The notes under the pieces were generated by a model. The model did no database searches. It saw nothing but the letters and a program-made list of their open reading frames with translations, and was not told where the DNA came from. Shown in pieces: positions 28,282 through 37,766 of a stretch of DNA of 41,704 nucleotides (position 1 is its first letter; every line of letters begins with the position of its first letter). Source of the stretch: an uncultured Anaerolineae bacterium. GTDB lineage: Bacteria; Chloroflexota; Anaerolineae; JAADDB01. Made by a program: the position numbers and the translations under genes. The stretch is from the NCBI GenBank assembly GCA_964413905.1, contig CAYPUG010000003.1, positions 17,896-59,599 of the forward strand, given 5' to 3'.

Positions 28282-29030
28282 TGCAAGTACATGTGCGTCT
28301 ATTTGCATCTTTGCGCGAATCAGTAGGGCAGGATAAATTGACCGTTGAGGTACCGGAAGGAACGACTGTGCAGGATCTGGTTCGCCGGGTTGAAGCCCAG
28401 TTCCCGACTCTGCGCGGAGCCGCCAGTGCCATTTACGCGGCGGTGAATAACCGGTACGTTTCCCCCACCACCCTTTTGCAACCTGATGATGTGGTGTCCC
28501 TTTTTCCGCCGGTAAGCGGAGGATTTGATGGGGGAGCAAAATTGTTTGAGGTCACATCATCGCGCCTTTCGGTGGATGAGGTGGTCACCCGGGTGGTGGA
28601 CCCCACGTGTGGAGCGGTTGCCACTTTCGTCGGTGTCGTCCGAGGGGTGACAGGGGAACAACGCACTTCATATTTAGAATACGAGGCCCATGCGGAAATG
28701 GCCGAAGCGATGCTGGCCCAAATTGGGGAGGAGATTATGGAACGATGGCCTCACGTGACCAAAGTGGCCATTGTTCACCGCGTGGGGCGCATGGCGGTGG
28801 GTGAAGCTTCCGTAGTGATCGCGGTCGCGGCTCCTCATCGGGACGATGGGGTATTTGAGGCGTGCCGGTACGCGATTGAGCGAATTAAGATGATTGTACC
28901 CATCTGGAAGAAGGAAGTATTAAGTAATGGTGAGTATTGGGTGGAAGGGCCCCGAGATTCTCACCACGTGCCGTCGGATGTGCAGAGGCCCATACCCATT
29001 GTGGAGAGAGACGACGATGTTGATGCTTAG
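28281..29030 (+). CDS. moaDE: Fused molybdopterin synthase MoaD-MoaE
   Basis: Ubiquitin-like VRLFASLRE...PPVSGG (GG at residues 80-81), then MoaE motifs [26 protein letters not shown]. Confidence 0.92.
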   Translation: MQVHVRLFASLRESVGQDKLTVEVPEGTTVQDLVRRVEAQFPTLRGAASAIYAAVNNRYVSPTTLLQPDDVVSLFPPVSGGFDGGAKLFEVTSSRLSVDEVVTRVVDPTCGAVATFVGVVRGVTGEQRTSYLEYEAHAEMAEAMLAQIGEEIMERWPHVTKVAIVHRVGRMAVGEASVVIAVAAPHRDDGVFEACRYAIERIKMIVPIWKKEVLSNGEYWVEGPRDSHHVPSDVQRPIPIVERDDDVDA

Positions 29031-30024
29031 TCCGGTGATGGCCTTGGGGGTGTTGCTGTTTTTGGCCTTATTTTTCAATTTTTTGAACGGGTTTCACGAT
29101 GCAAGCAATATCGTGGCGACGGTTATTTCATCTCGCGCCATGTCTCCACGCATGGCCTTGACGTGGACGGCTATCTTTGAGTTGCTGGGTCCGTATGTGT
29201 TAGGTGTCGCGGTGGCGCATACCATTGGGGCCGATATTGTAGGCGCGGAGCACATTACAGTCGTGGTGTTGTATGCAGGCCTCATCGCCGCGATCGTGTG
29301 GAATTTGCTCACGTGGTACTTGGGTATTCCGTCGAGTTCGTCCCACGCGTTGATCGGGGGACTGGTGGGTGCAGTGGCCATGGCGGCCGGACCGGGGGCG
29401 ATCCGCTTGCCAGGGCTGGAGAAAGTCTTTATTGCTTTGTTCACTTCTCCGGTCATTGGGTTTGTCGTCGGTTATGTGTTACTGAAGTTTTTGTTGGGTA
29501 TATTGTGGTGGGCGACCCCGAAAATTAACCGTTGGTTTCGGATCGGTCAAGTGTTTACATCGGCGGCCTTAGCATTAAGCCATGGCGCCAATGATGGTCA
29601 AAAGACGATGGGAGTGATTGTGCTGGGGTTGGTGACTTTGGGTTTCTTGCCGGAATTCTCCATGCCCAACTGGGTGATTGTGGCCTCTTCGCTCACCTTG
29701 TCCTTGGGCGCGTACACGGGAGGATGGCGTCTGATTCACACCTTAGGCGCGAAATTTTACCGGATTCGTCCTATTCACGGGTTCAGTGTTCAGTTAACGT
29801 CCGCCAGTGTGGTCATTGGGGCCGCTCTCTTGGGTGGACCAGTAAGCACCACGCAGGTGGTAAGCGCGGCCATTGTGGGGGTGGGGAGCGCAGAACGTGC
29901 GTCTAAGGTACGTTGGCAAGTGTTTCAGGATATCGCTTTGGCATGGCTGTTGACCATTCCCGCGACGGCATTAATTGCCGCAGGTGCTTATTGGGTCCTG
30001 CGACAGTATATCATGGTCATGTGA
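29017..30024 (+). CDS. PiT-family inorganic phosphate/oxyanion transporter
   Basis: [34 protein letters not shown]. Confidence 0.92.
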   Translation: MLMLSPVMALGVLLFLALFFNFLNGFHDASNIVATVISSRAMSPRMALTWTAIFELLGPYVLGVAVAHTIGADIVGAEHITVVVLYAGLIAAIVWNLLTWYLGIPSSSSHALIGGLVGAVAMAAGPGAIRLPGLEKVFIALFTSPVIGFVVGYVLLKFLLGILWWATPKINRWFRIGQVFTSAALALSHGANDGQKTMGVIVLGLVTLGFLPEFSMPNWVIVASSLTLSLGAYTGGWRLIHTLGAKFYRIRPIHGFSVQLTSASVVIGAALLGGPVSTTQVVSAAIVGVGSAERASKVRWQVFQDIALAWLLTIPATALIAAGAYWVLRQYIMVM

Positions 30025-30030
30025 TAGGAC

Positions 30031-30080
30031 CTGATCGCCGGACAAAACTTCGTGTCCGTATGTTGGCTTAAAACGTGAGG
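30031..30080. repeat. Family A end, degenerate copy
   Basis: ctgatcgccggacaaaact...gtatgttggcttaaaa resembles ctgattgactgacaaaact...gtaggttggcttagaa (41651). Confidence 0.6.
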
Positions 30081-30129
30081 TATCTGTCCATCAGACAGTT
30101 GGCAGAGCGCTTTGGGAGGGAGGGGTATC

Positions 30130-30756
30130 GTGGGACTTTTCAACATTTTCGGCAAACGAGAAGATCGCTTTATCCGCCTCTTGCGGGAGCAAGCACGTAC
30201 AACGTTGGAAGGGTTGGAACATCTGGAAGCGTACATGGAAGATCGGAATGAGGAACACGCGCGCGCTTTACACAAGGCGGAAAAGGATGCCGACGAGTTG
30301 CGGCGTATCCTCATCGATGAACTCAACCGAACATTTGTCACCCCTATTGACCGTGAGGACATTTTTGCTTTGTCTCGATCCATCGATGATGTGTTGGATT
30401 ACGCGTACACGACTATCGATGAGATGGAGTTATTGGAAGTCGAACCTAACACATTCCTGCGTCGCATGGCCTCTCTCCTGCGGGAGGCTGCGAATGAGAT
30501 TTACATGGCCATGGAGCGGTTGGAGCATCACCCTCAGGTGGCGGCAGAACATGCGATGCGCGCTAAGGCGTTGGAAAATCGGGTGGAGCGAGTATATCGC
30601 GAAGCCATTGCGGATTTGTTCCACGGCCCGGCTAACGTGGAGCAAATTATGTACATGCTAAAGGTGCGAGAATTATACCGCCATCTGAGCAACGCGGCGG
30701 ATCGGGGTGATGAGACCGCGAACGTCATCAGCGATATTGTAGTGAAGATGGCCTAG
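30130..30756 (+). CDS. DUF47 / PhoU-like PiT accessory protein
   Basis: EKDAD, TFVTPIDREDI, IDDVLD, LENRVE. Adjacent to pit. GTG 30130 follows GGAGG. Confidence 0.88.
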   Translation: MGLFNIFGKREDRFIRLLREQARTTLEGLEHLEAYMEDRNEEHARALHKAEKDADELRRILIDELNRTFVTPIDREDIFALSRSIDDVLDYAYTTIDEMELLEVEPNTFLRRMASLLREAANEIYMAMERLEHHPQVAAEHAMRAKALENRVERVYREAIADLFHGPANVEQIMYMLKVRELYRHLSNAADRGDETANVISDIVVKMA

Positions 30757-30874
30757 AAAAAATTTATGTCAAATTTGTTCATCTGAACCAATCCGCGGAG
30801 GAGACCTTTTCGTATATAAGGATGGAACGTTGTAGGGCGTTCCGCATGGGTGTCTCCTCCTCTGTGGTGTGGGG

Positions 30875-30918
30875 CCAGGGGGCGCCGGTGGGAAACCGCC
30901 GGCGTCCCTTTGGCGTTT
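30875..30918. terminator. Long GAAA-capped hairpin between convergent operons
   Basis: gccagggggcgccggtgg-gaaa-ccgccggcgtccctttggc followed by gtttt. Confidence 0.7.
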
Positions 30919-30959
30919 TGAGCGGAAACACATAGGTCTGGAAAAGGCCGTTGTCGATG

Positions 30960-31715
30960 TTATTCGGTCGTGATCAACCGACGTACGGCTTGAGTCAGGT
31001 GGCCGAATTCCGGCGTGGCCATCATGTCCAGCGTGCGGGGTCGGGGCAAATCGACGAGTACTTCCCCTGCGATCCGGCCCGGCCGCGGGGTCATCACCAG
31101 TACCCGGTCGGAGATAAATACCGCTTCGCTGATGCTGTGGGTGACCATCAGCGCGGTTTGACGGCGATGGGCCCATATGCGCAAAAGTTCCAGGTTCATG
31201 CGCTCCCGGGTCAGCGCGTCCAGTGCGCCGAAGGGCTCATCCAGCAGGAGGAGTCGCGGATCATACACCAGGGCCCGGGCCAGCGCGACCCGCTGCTGCA
31301 TCCCGCCGGACAGTTGGCGCGGATAGGCGCGCTCGAACCCGTCCAATCCCACCAGCGCAATGTACTCCTTCGCTTGCAGGTCCGCCTCCTCCCGGGACAC
31401 GCCGAGAATCTCCAGGGGCAGGCGCACGTTCGCCAGCACTGTGCGCCAGGGCATCAAATTCGCTTGCTGAAACACCATCCCCACTTCCCGGCGGGGACGG
31501 TACAGAGGGCGCCCGTCCACGTACACTTCCCCCTCTGTGGGGACCACCAGGCCCGCCACAATGCGCAGTAACGTGGACTTCCCACAGCCGGACGGTCCCA
31601 CCAGGGTGACGAACTCTCCCTCTTGAGCTTTCAGATAGACATTTCGCAGCGCCCACACCGGTGGGTCATCGGTGAAGCGATGGCTTAGGTTGCGAATCTC
31701 CAAAAAAGCCCTCAC
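30960..31715 (-). CDS. ABC ATP-binding protein, NitT/TauT family (riboflavin transporter ATPase)
   Basis: [31 protein letters not shown]. Start set at GTG 31715, uncertain. Confidence 0.92.
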   Translation of the reverse strand: MRAFLEIRNLSHRFTDDPPVWALRNVYLKAQEGEFVTLVGPSGCGKSTLLRIVAGLVVPTEGEVYVDGRPLYRPRREVGMVFQQANLMPWRTVLANVRLPLEILGVSREEADLQAKEYIALVGLDGFERAYPRQLSGGMQQRVALARALVYDPRLLLLDEPFGALDALTRERMNLELLRIWAHRRQTALMVTHSISEAVFISDRVLVMTPRPGRIAGEVLVDLPRPRTLDMMATPEFGHLTQAVRRLITTE

Positions 31716-31746
31716 AGGCGTATCCCTTTTCCTAAAAGAAGAGGTG

Positions 31747-31777
31747 CGCCGCATGGCACCTTGAACGCCATGCGGCG
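31747..31777 (-). terminator. Hairpin after the binding-protein gene
   Basis: 11-bp inverted repeat cgccgcatggc / gccatgcggcg with a pyrimidine tail on the minus strand. Confidence 0.55.
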
Positions 31778-31793
31778 TTGGTTTTCTCTTCAC

Positions 31794-32798
31794 TCAAAAG
31801 CCGGCCCGTTTGACAAAGTCGTTGGTCGCGATGTTCGTCACGTCCACGTGCGTATCCAAAAGGTCCATCTCTCGCAGGAATCGTTCTGCTATCTCCCACG
31901 TGTCCAGGTCGGTGTGCCCCAACTTGCGTCCTTCCTTGGGCGTCCACAGGGGCAAGGACGCGTCGAACACCGCGCGGCTGACTTTTTCCTGTTCCCCGCC
32001 CGCCTCGGGCACGTGCTTTAGCGCAATGTGGAAAGCTTCGTCGGGATGGTCCAGCGTGTATTGGATCCCTCGGAGGATGGCGCGTGTCATGCGGGTAACC
32101 AGGTCAGGATCCTGTTGGATGAGTGTCTCACTGGTGACCAGGCCGTTCGAGGGAAGGTCTACGTAGTCAGCCACGGGAAACACGACCACCTCCTTGCCGG
32201 CCAGGCGCAGCCGCACGGGACCGTTGACAATGTAGTCCATGGCCGCGTCCACCTTTCCTTCGCTGACCGCGGCCGCCTGGGTGAAGCCGATGCTTTCCAC
32301 CTTCACCTTGGTCTCATCAATGCCCGTCGCGTAGACAATGGCTTTCCAGCCGATGTAGGTGGCCCCAAAAGGCCCCGGAACGCCCAGGGTTTTCCCTTCC
32401 ACATCCTTGGGGGAGGTCATGCCGCTGTCCTTCAGCGCGAACATCCCCACCGGAAACCGACTGTACCATTGCGCCACATACGTCACAGGCAATCCGCGGG
32501 CCCGACCGAGGATGACCTCTTCGCCGGAGGCAATCACGAAGGGAATTTCGCCCGCGGCCACCAGTTTGAGGAAATCCGTCTCAAACCCGTGGCGGAACTC
32601 CACCTCCAGCCCTTCATCCGCGAAGAAGCCTTTGTCCTGGGCCACGTAAAAGGGGGCGAATTGCACACTAGGGATGTAGCCCAGCGCGAGGACGATGTGT
32701 CGAGGGGTGCTCTGACTGCTCGGGGGCGTGGCCGGCGCACAACCGGCCAGCAAGGCCAGTACGAGAATAAGAAGGGTGAATCTGTAGACGTGTTTCAT
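31794..32798 (-). CDS. ribY: NMT1/THI5-like ABC substrate-binding lipoprotein, riboflavin-binding RibY type
   Basis: Lipobox LAGC, GYIPSVQFAPFYVA..KGFF. Lies under an FMN riboswitch. Confidence 0.85.
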   Translation of the reverse strand: MKHVYRFTLLILVLALLAGCAPATPPSSQSTPRHIVLALGYIPSVQFAPFYVAQDKGFFADEGLEVEFRHGFETDFLKLVAAGEIPFVIASGEEVILGRARGLPVTYVAQWYSRFPVGMFALKDSGMTSPKDVEGKTLGVPGPFGATYIGWKAIVYATGIDETKVKVESIGFTQAAAVSEGKVDAAMDYIVNGPVRLRLAGKEVVVFPVADYVDLPSNGLVTSETLIQQDPDLVTRMTRAILRGIQYTLDHPDEAFHIALKHVPEAGGEQEKVSRAVFDASLPLWTPKEGRKLGHTDLDTWEIAERFLREMDLLDTHVDVTNIATNDFVKRAGF

Positions 32799-32827
32799 TG
32801 TCTCAAATCCTCCTCGTTGATAGAGAT

Positions 32828-33658
32828 TTAATCAATATCCCAGATGATAACGTGACGTTCCAGCCAACCCACCAAGGTGTACAGGGATACCGCGATCATG
32901 ACCAGTACCCCCAAAGTCACAAAGAGCAAGGCCGTGTCCAGGGTGCCCCGAGACGTCAGGTTAATGAGAAAGCCTAGCCCCTGGTCCGCGGCCACAAATT
33001 CCCCTACGACCGCGCCGATGACCGAGAGCGCGGTGCCGATTTTCAGCCCTCCAAAGAGGATGGGCAGGGCAGCCGGGACTTCCAGTTTGGTGAAGATCTG
33101 CCAGCGGTTCGCGTTCAATACCCGCATCAGGTCCATCAGTTCCTGCTCCACAGAGCGAAAGCCGACCATGGTGTTCACCAGGACGGGGAAGAACAAGGTA
33201 AGCGCGGCCACCAGAATTTTGGACAGAAGTCCCGACCCGGCCCAGAGAATGATGAGGGGAGCAATCGCGACCACGGGGACCGCCTGCGCGGCCACCACGT
33301 AAGGGCCCACCAGTTGTTCCAGGAAGGGGCTCTTAGCCAGAAGGTACCCCAACACGGTGGCCGTGAAGAGCCCCAACCCCAGTCCCCCGCCGATTTCCAG
33401 GAGGGTGATCCGGGTGTGGCGCCACAGCGTTCCATCAGCCAGCGCGACGAGGAACTTGTGCCACACCTGCGCGGGCGCAGGCAGGATGTAAGGAGGATAA
33501 TGCTGCCAGCGGATCAATCCCTCCCAGGCCAGGAGGAAGACCCCAAACCCCAAAAGGGTGAACAGGATCCGGGTAAGCCGCGCCCCGGCCCATGTTACCG
33601 AGGGCCATGTCCCCCCTTTATCTGTCCATTTTTGCCAGGTGTCCTGCCAGCGCAGCAT
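32828..33658 (-). CDS. ribX: ABC permease, NitT/TauT family, RibX type
   Basis: ILPAPAQV, PVVAIAPL, PAALP, GAVVGEF..GLG. First gene after the FMN riboswitch. Confidence 0.85.
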   Translation of the reverse strand: MLRWQDTWQKWTDKGGTWPSVTWAGARLTRILFTLLGFGVFLLAWEGLIRWQHYPPYILPAPAQVWHKFLVALADGTLWRHTRITLLEIGGGLGLGLFTATVLGYLLAKSPFLEQLVGPYVVAAQAVPVVAIAPLIILWAGSGLLSKILVAALTLFFPVLVNTMVGFRSVEQELMDLMRVLNANRWQIFTKLEVPAALPILFGGLKIGTALSVIGAVVGEFVAADQGLGFLINLTSRGTLDTALLFVTLGVLVMIAVSLYTLVGWLERHVIIWDID

Positions 33659-33748
33659 CGCCCCCCCTTGTAGAATGACAACGCCCCGGAGGACGGATTC
33701 CTCCGGGGCGTGCGCGAGCGTGCGGTCCGGCGACGGTCATCCGACACG

Positions 33749-33780
33749 AAAAAAGCCCCGCGGATGACCGTCGGGGCCTT
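33749..33780 (-). terminator. Riboswitch expression-platform terminator
   Basis: Minus strand aaggccccgacgg-tcat-ccgcggggc followed by TTTTTT. Confidence 0.75.
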
Positions 33781-33876
33781 CGCGCGATACATCCCTCCCT
33801 GACATGAAGTCCCCGGTGTCAACCCTCTCCAGAGTCCCTGTCAGGGATGGCAAGCGCGTCACGCGTTCGCTGTCTT

Positions 33877-34062
33877 GACCTTCTCCCATCCGGACTATAC
33901 CGTCGGCTCCGGAATTCCACCGGATCTGCTGACACCTCGGTGCCGTCCTGTGACGGCTGGGTCCACGCTTTGGGGATGACATGGACCCCGAGGCCGCTCG
34001 CGGGCTTTTACCGCCGGTCGGGAATTGCCCCACACCTGGGGGCTCACCCTGCCCCGAAGGTC
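33877..34062 (-). ncRNA. FMN (RFN) riboswitch aptamer
   Basis: Minus strand gaccttcggggcagggtga...aattcccgaccggcggtaaaagcccgcga...cagatccggtggaattccggagccgacggtatagtccggatgggagaaggtc, with P1 = gaccttc / gaaggtc. Confidence 0.96.
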
Positions 34063-34082
34063 GTCCTCTTCACTTGTCTGTG

Positions 34083-34212
34083 TTGATTGACTGACAACAC
34101 GCCGCGAATGGGCCTTGGCTTAGAAAGGAGAAGGGAAATTCGTGGGATTTTCGCCGTCGAAGGCGACGAATATCCCACGAATTCCTACTCCTTTTTTTAC
34201 GCCGAGGTACAC
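34083..34212. mobile_element. Family A element, longest copy (long imperfect palindrome)
   Basis: gattgactgacaacacgccgcgaatgggccttggcttagaaaggagaagggaaattcgtgggattttcg...cgaatatcccacgaattcctactcctttttttacgccgaggtacac. The arms ccttggc...ttttcg and cgaata...gccgagg are inverted. Confidence 0.8.
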
Positions 34213-34217
34213 GTTAG

Positions 34218-34246
34218 ATCTTACCATGCACTTACGTGGTGGGCAA
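34218..34246 (-). promoter_or_regulatory. Probable promoter of the riboswitch/ribXY transcript
   Basis: Minus strand TTGCCC, 17 bp spacer, extended -10 TGG-TAAGAT. Confidence 0.6.
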
Positions 34247-34264
34247 GCCATTGCTGTCTTTTGG

Positions 34265-34404
34265 TAGGGCTTTTCAGAAAGCTTAATGGGTAGGCGATGG
34301 CAGGGTAGGCGACGGCATTGCCTTCGCCTACCCTGCCCGACGGCCTTACGATGGCTCAACCGCCGATACAGCGTCTTCGCGTGTCAGAACATTGAAAAGT
34401 CCTG
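34265..34404. mobile_element. Family B MITE with a 9-bp target-site duplication
   Basis: Ends tagggcttttca / tgaaaagtcctg. Flanking gtcttttgg at 34256-34264 and 34405-34413. Internal GTAG hairpin at 34299-34337. Confidence 0.85.
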
Positions 34405-34422
34405 GTCTTTTGGCGCTATGTC

Positions 34423-34974
34423 TCAGCGGCCGTACATGCCCACCAGTTGGCCCTGGGCCTTGATGTGTCCCTTCATGGCCTCCCGCAGCGCGCGAATCGA
34501 CGTCCCGCCAGGGCGCTCCAGGTACGTGTCCAGCGCGTAGAGGGTGAACACGTAGCGATGGGGTTTGCCCGGCGGGGGACACGGCCCCCGGTACCCAATA
34601 AGTCGGAAGTCGTTGATTCCCTGAATGCCCAGCCCTTCCAACCGGGGTTTTTCCTTGGGCACATCCTCGGGCAGTTCGTTCAGGGTGCCTGGAATGTCGA
34701 AGATGACCCAATGCACAAACGTGCCCCCAGGCGCGTCCGGGTCCTCCACCGTGAGCGCGAAACTCTTGACCCCCTTGGGGACATCCGACCACGTGAGGGG
34801 CGGGGAGATGTCCTCCCCCTCACACGTGTACTTGTCGGGAATGGTTTCGCCGTTGGCAAACGCGGTACTGGTCAACGTGAGGGATGCCACGGGTTTTTCG
34901 TGTCCGAGGCCCCCACATGCATTGACTAGCACCGCCAGAATGAGCATAAGGAATATTAGGCTTCCTCGCCGCAT
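34423..34974 (-). CDS. YbhB/YbcL (PEBP) family lipoprotein
   Basis: Lipobox VNAC, DISPPLTW, EDPDAP, FVHW, GYRGPCPP, HRYVFTLYALD. Confidence 0.92.
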   Translation of the reverse strand: MRRGSLIFLMLILAVLVNACGGLGHEKPVASLTLTSTAFANGETIPDKYTCEGEDISPPLTWSDVPKGVKSFALTVEDPDAPGGTFVHWVIFDIPGTLNELPEDVPKEKPRLEGLGIQGINDFRLIGYRGPCPPPGKPHRYVFTLYALDTYLERPGGTSIRALREAMKGHIKAQGQLVGMYGR

Positions 34975-34989
34975 GGGTCTTCCCTCTGG

Positions 34990-35994
34990 TTATTTCCCTG
35001 TGACCATGTACTCGGGTACAGGTTCACCGAGGATTTCCCGGGCCAGTTCGCGGTACCCCTTGTCCTCCAATTCCGCGAGGAAGCGTTCCGCCTCCATGGC
35101 CGCGGCTGCGCCCTGCCCCACCGATGTGGACACCTGCCGATAGCGGTGATCCGCGGCTTCGCCCGCGGCGAACACGCCAGGCACACTGGTGCGCTGATAT
35201 TTGTCGATGGTGATGTACCCGCGTTCGTCCATGGCCAGTTGGCCCCGGAAAATGCCTGTGTTCGGGTCGTGGCCGATGAACACGAACACCCCGTCCGTGG
35301 GGAACTCGGTCACCTCGCCGGTCACCCGGTTGCGCAGGCGCACGCCTGTCACCTTCATGCCGTCGCCTAGGATTTCCTCCACCACGGTGTTCCAGATGAA
35401 CTTCATCTTCTCGTTCTTGAACGCGCGCTGTTGGAGGATCTTGCTGGCGCGCAGTTGATCGCGGCGGTGTACCACGTACACTTCGCTCGCGTATCGGGTC
35501 AGGAAGAGCCCTTCCTCCATCGCGCTGTCACCGCCGCCCACCACGATGACCCGCTTGCCCGTGAAGAAGAAGCCGTCGCACGTTGCGCAGTAACTCACGC
35601 CCCTGCCCGTGTACTCGGCCTCACCCGGAACCTGCAATTTGCGGGCCGTCGCGCCTGTGGCCACGATGATGGTTTTCGCCTGGTACTCTTCCCCTGTCTC
35701 CGAGGTGACCACAAAGGGCCAGCGTTTGAAATTGACCGCGGTGATGTACTCATAGACCACCCGAGTGCCGAATTTCTCGGCCTGCTTCTGGAAGCGTTCC
35801 ACCAATTCCGCGCCGGACACCCCATCCGGGAAGCCCGGATAATTTTCCACCTCATATGTCAGGCTCACCTGTCCGCCGATCTCATGCCCTGTGAAGAGCA
35901 AGGGATCCAGGCTGGCTCGTGCCGTATAAATGCCCGCGGTCCACCCCGCAGGCCCGCTGCCGATAATAATGACATTCTCCACTTTATCGCTCAT
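34990..35994 (-). CDS. trxB: Thioredoxin-disulfide reductase
   Basis: [45 protein letters not shown] before ATG 35994. Confidence 0.96.
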   Translation of the reverse strand: MSDKVENVIIIGSGPAGWTAGIYTARASLDPLLFTGHEIGGQVSLTYEVENYPGFPDGVSGAELVERFQKQAEKFGTRVVYEYITAVNFKRWPFVVTSETGEEYQAKTIIVATGATARKLQVPGEAEYTGRGVSYCATCDGFFFTGKRVIVVGGGDSAMEEGLFLTRYASEVYVVHRRDQLRASKILQQRAFKNEKMKFIWNTVVEEILGDGMKVTGVRLRNRVTGEVTEFPTDGVFVFIGHDPNTGIFRGQLAMDERGYITIDKYQRTSVPGVFAAGEAADHRYRQVSTSVGQGAAAAMEAERFLAELEDKGYRELAREILGEPVPEYMVTGK

Positions 35995-36122
35995 GGGTCT
36001 GCCTCCTTTGCCGTGTTGCTGATTGACACAGACGGGAAACGACCGCCGTGTAATAATCGGCCCCCCCGCTGTGCTCAAGCACGCATTTGGTTAGATGCAA
36101 AACGTCCCGAAACGTTTCGCTT

Positions 36123-36848
36123 TTAGGCCAAATCACCCCAATAATGCATCAAAATGGCCGCGGCAATCACTCCGGCCGTCTCTGCCCGCAAAATCCGTGG
36201 ACCCAAGTGGACGATTGTGGCCGTGTGGCCGTGTGCAGCCTCCACTTCTTCTTGAGTAAATCCTCCCTCAGGACCGATGAGTAGAGCTACTTGTTTGGGT
36301 GGCCCTCCTTGCTCACGGAGGACTTCCCTTAGGCGGGGAATGTCCTCGCCGGTGTGCGCGAGGAAAACTTTATCATAGGTCGGGAGGTCCTGGAGAATGT
36401 GTGGAAACATCTGAACATCCTGGAGCGTCGGTACTCTAGAACGGCCACACTGTTCTGTGGCTTCAATAAGAATGCGCTTCCAGCGGGCCCGCTTTTCGCG
36501 ACGTCGGACCACGGTCCGTGCAGTGATAATAGGGATGAACTCGCTGATACCCACTTCCGTTCCCTTTTGAAGTACCCAATCCATGCGTTCCCCTTTCACT
36601 AGAGATTGGTACAATGTGATGTGAAAGGGAGGATCTGCTTGTCCTTTTTCGCGTCCTACAATGGTGCCCCACGCGGCCCGTGATGAGACCTGCTCCAAAC
36701 GTACGGTGTACACCCACCCGGAATTGTCGAACACAAAGACCGCGGCCCCTCGTTCCAGGCGCAACACGCGAGCGATTTGTCGGCTTTGTTCCGGAGAAAA
36801 GTAGACTTGTGTACCTCGAATTGACTCAGGAGGAACAAAGAACCTCAT
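36123..36848 (-). CDS. rsmE: 16S rRNA m3U1498 methyltransferase
   Basis: MRFF, RVLRL, QKGTEVG, EATEQCGR, IGPEGGF, LGPRILRAETA. Confidence 0.95.
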   Translation of the reverse strand: MRFFVPPESIRGTQVYFSPEQSRQIARVLRLERGAAVFVFDNSGWVYTVRLEQVSSRAAWGTIVGREKGQADPPFHITLYQSLVKGERMDWVLQKGTEVGISEFIPIITARTVVRRREKRARWKRILIEATEQCGRSRVPTLQDVQMFPHILQDLPTYDKVFLAHTGEDIPRLREVLREQGGPPKQVALLIGPEGGFTQEEVEAAHGHTATIVHLGPRILRAETAGVIAAAILMHYWGDLA

Positions 36849-37741
36849 TTGCGCACCCACAACCCTATCCAATCTCCTTCCCGCACGCGTTTGATAATAT
36901 GTCCGCCTCGTGCACTTACAGAGAGTAAGATGTCCGTTTCGCGGTCTTCTATGATACCGGAGAGGATAATATGTCCGCCCTCGCGTACTGTATTCCACAA
37001 TCCTCGGTCCAGTAGATTTAAGATGACGTGAGGTAAAATGTTCACGACAACCAGGTCGAATGTTTCATTTCGGGGAAGTGATCCCTCACGCACTTCGACT
37101 CGGTTTTCTACCCGGTTCTCTTGGATGTTTTTGCGTGCTGCGGCGATGGCTTGGGGATCAATATCGGTCGCCACCACGTGTTTCGCGCCGAGTAACGCGG
37201 CCGCAATCGCGAGGATACCCGATCCGGTACCCACATCGAGAACATCCATTTTCGGGGTTAAAGCGTCCTCCAGGAGTTGAAGCGCCAAGCGTGTGGTGGG
37301 GTGCAAGCCTGTACCGAAGGCCAATCCCGGATCCAGCCGGATAATCACCATCTCCTTGTCCACGGCAGGCACTTCTTCCCAAACGGGAAGGATGACCAAA
37401 CGACGACCGACGCGAAGGGGATGGTAATGCTTTTTCCACGCGTGGGCCCAATCTTCCTCGTCGATAACGCGGATGTGCGGTTGTGGCACGGGCTGGATGA
37501 GGTTCAAATGTCCCAGAGCGGTTTCAATACGCCGTGCACGTTCCCACCCTTCAGGTGATTCCACGATGTATGTGCGCACGGTGGCTTGCAGGTGATGCAC
37601 ATCGCCCACGGGATCAAACCCGTCGATTTCTATGACCGCGGATGGCTGCCCTTCTTGTGCCGGGTTTAACCGGTTGAACACTTCGCTTACTGCTTCCGCG
37701 ACTTCAGGGTCTACCGTCACGCTGATCTCTATCCAGCGCAT
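36845..37741 (-). CDS. prmA: Ribosomal protein L11 methyltransferase
   Basis: EDWAHAWK, DPGLAFGTGLHPTT, LDVGTGSGILAI, ILSGI. RBS AAAGGAGG before ATG 37741. Confidence 0.95.
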   Translation of the reverse strand: MRWIEISVTVDPEVAEAVSEVFNRLNPAQEGQPSAVIEIDGFDPVGDVHHLQATVRTYIVESPEGWERARRIETALGHLNLIQPVPQPHIRVIDEEDWAHAWKKHYHPLRVGRRLVILPVWEEVPAVDKEMVIIRLDPGLAFGTGLHPTTRLALQLLEDALTPKMDVLDVGTGSGILAIAAALLGAKHVVATDIDPQAIAAARKNIQENRVENRVEVREGSLPRNETFDLVVVNILPHVILNLLDRGLWNTVREGGHIILSGIIEDRETDILLSVSARGGHIIKRVREGDWIGLWVRK

Positions 37742-37766
37742 GAGGAATTCCCCTCCTTTCACAATA

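Noticed and set aside
36017-36033. tgctgattgacacagac as another family A end (also tcggtcaatcag near 22934 and gctttcaatgctcta near 1271 for family B)
   Set aside because: The matches are too short to call without a statistical model.
30951-36126. Plus-strand ORFs 30951-31571, 32028-32831 and 35431-36126
   Set aside because: Antisense to well-supported ABC and trxB genes, with no independent signals.
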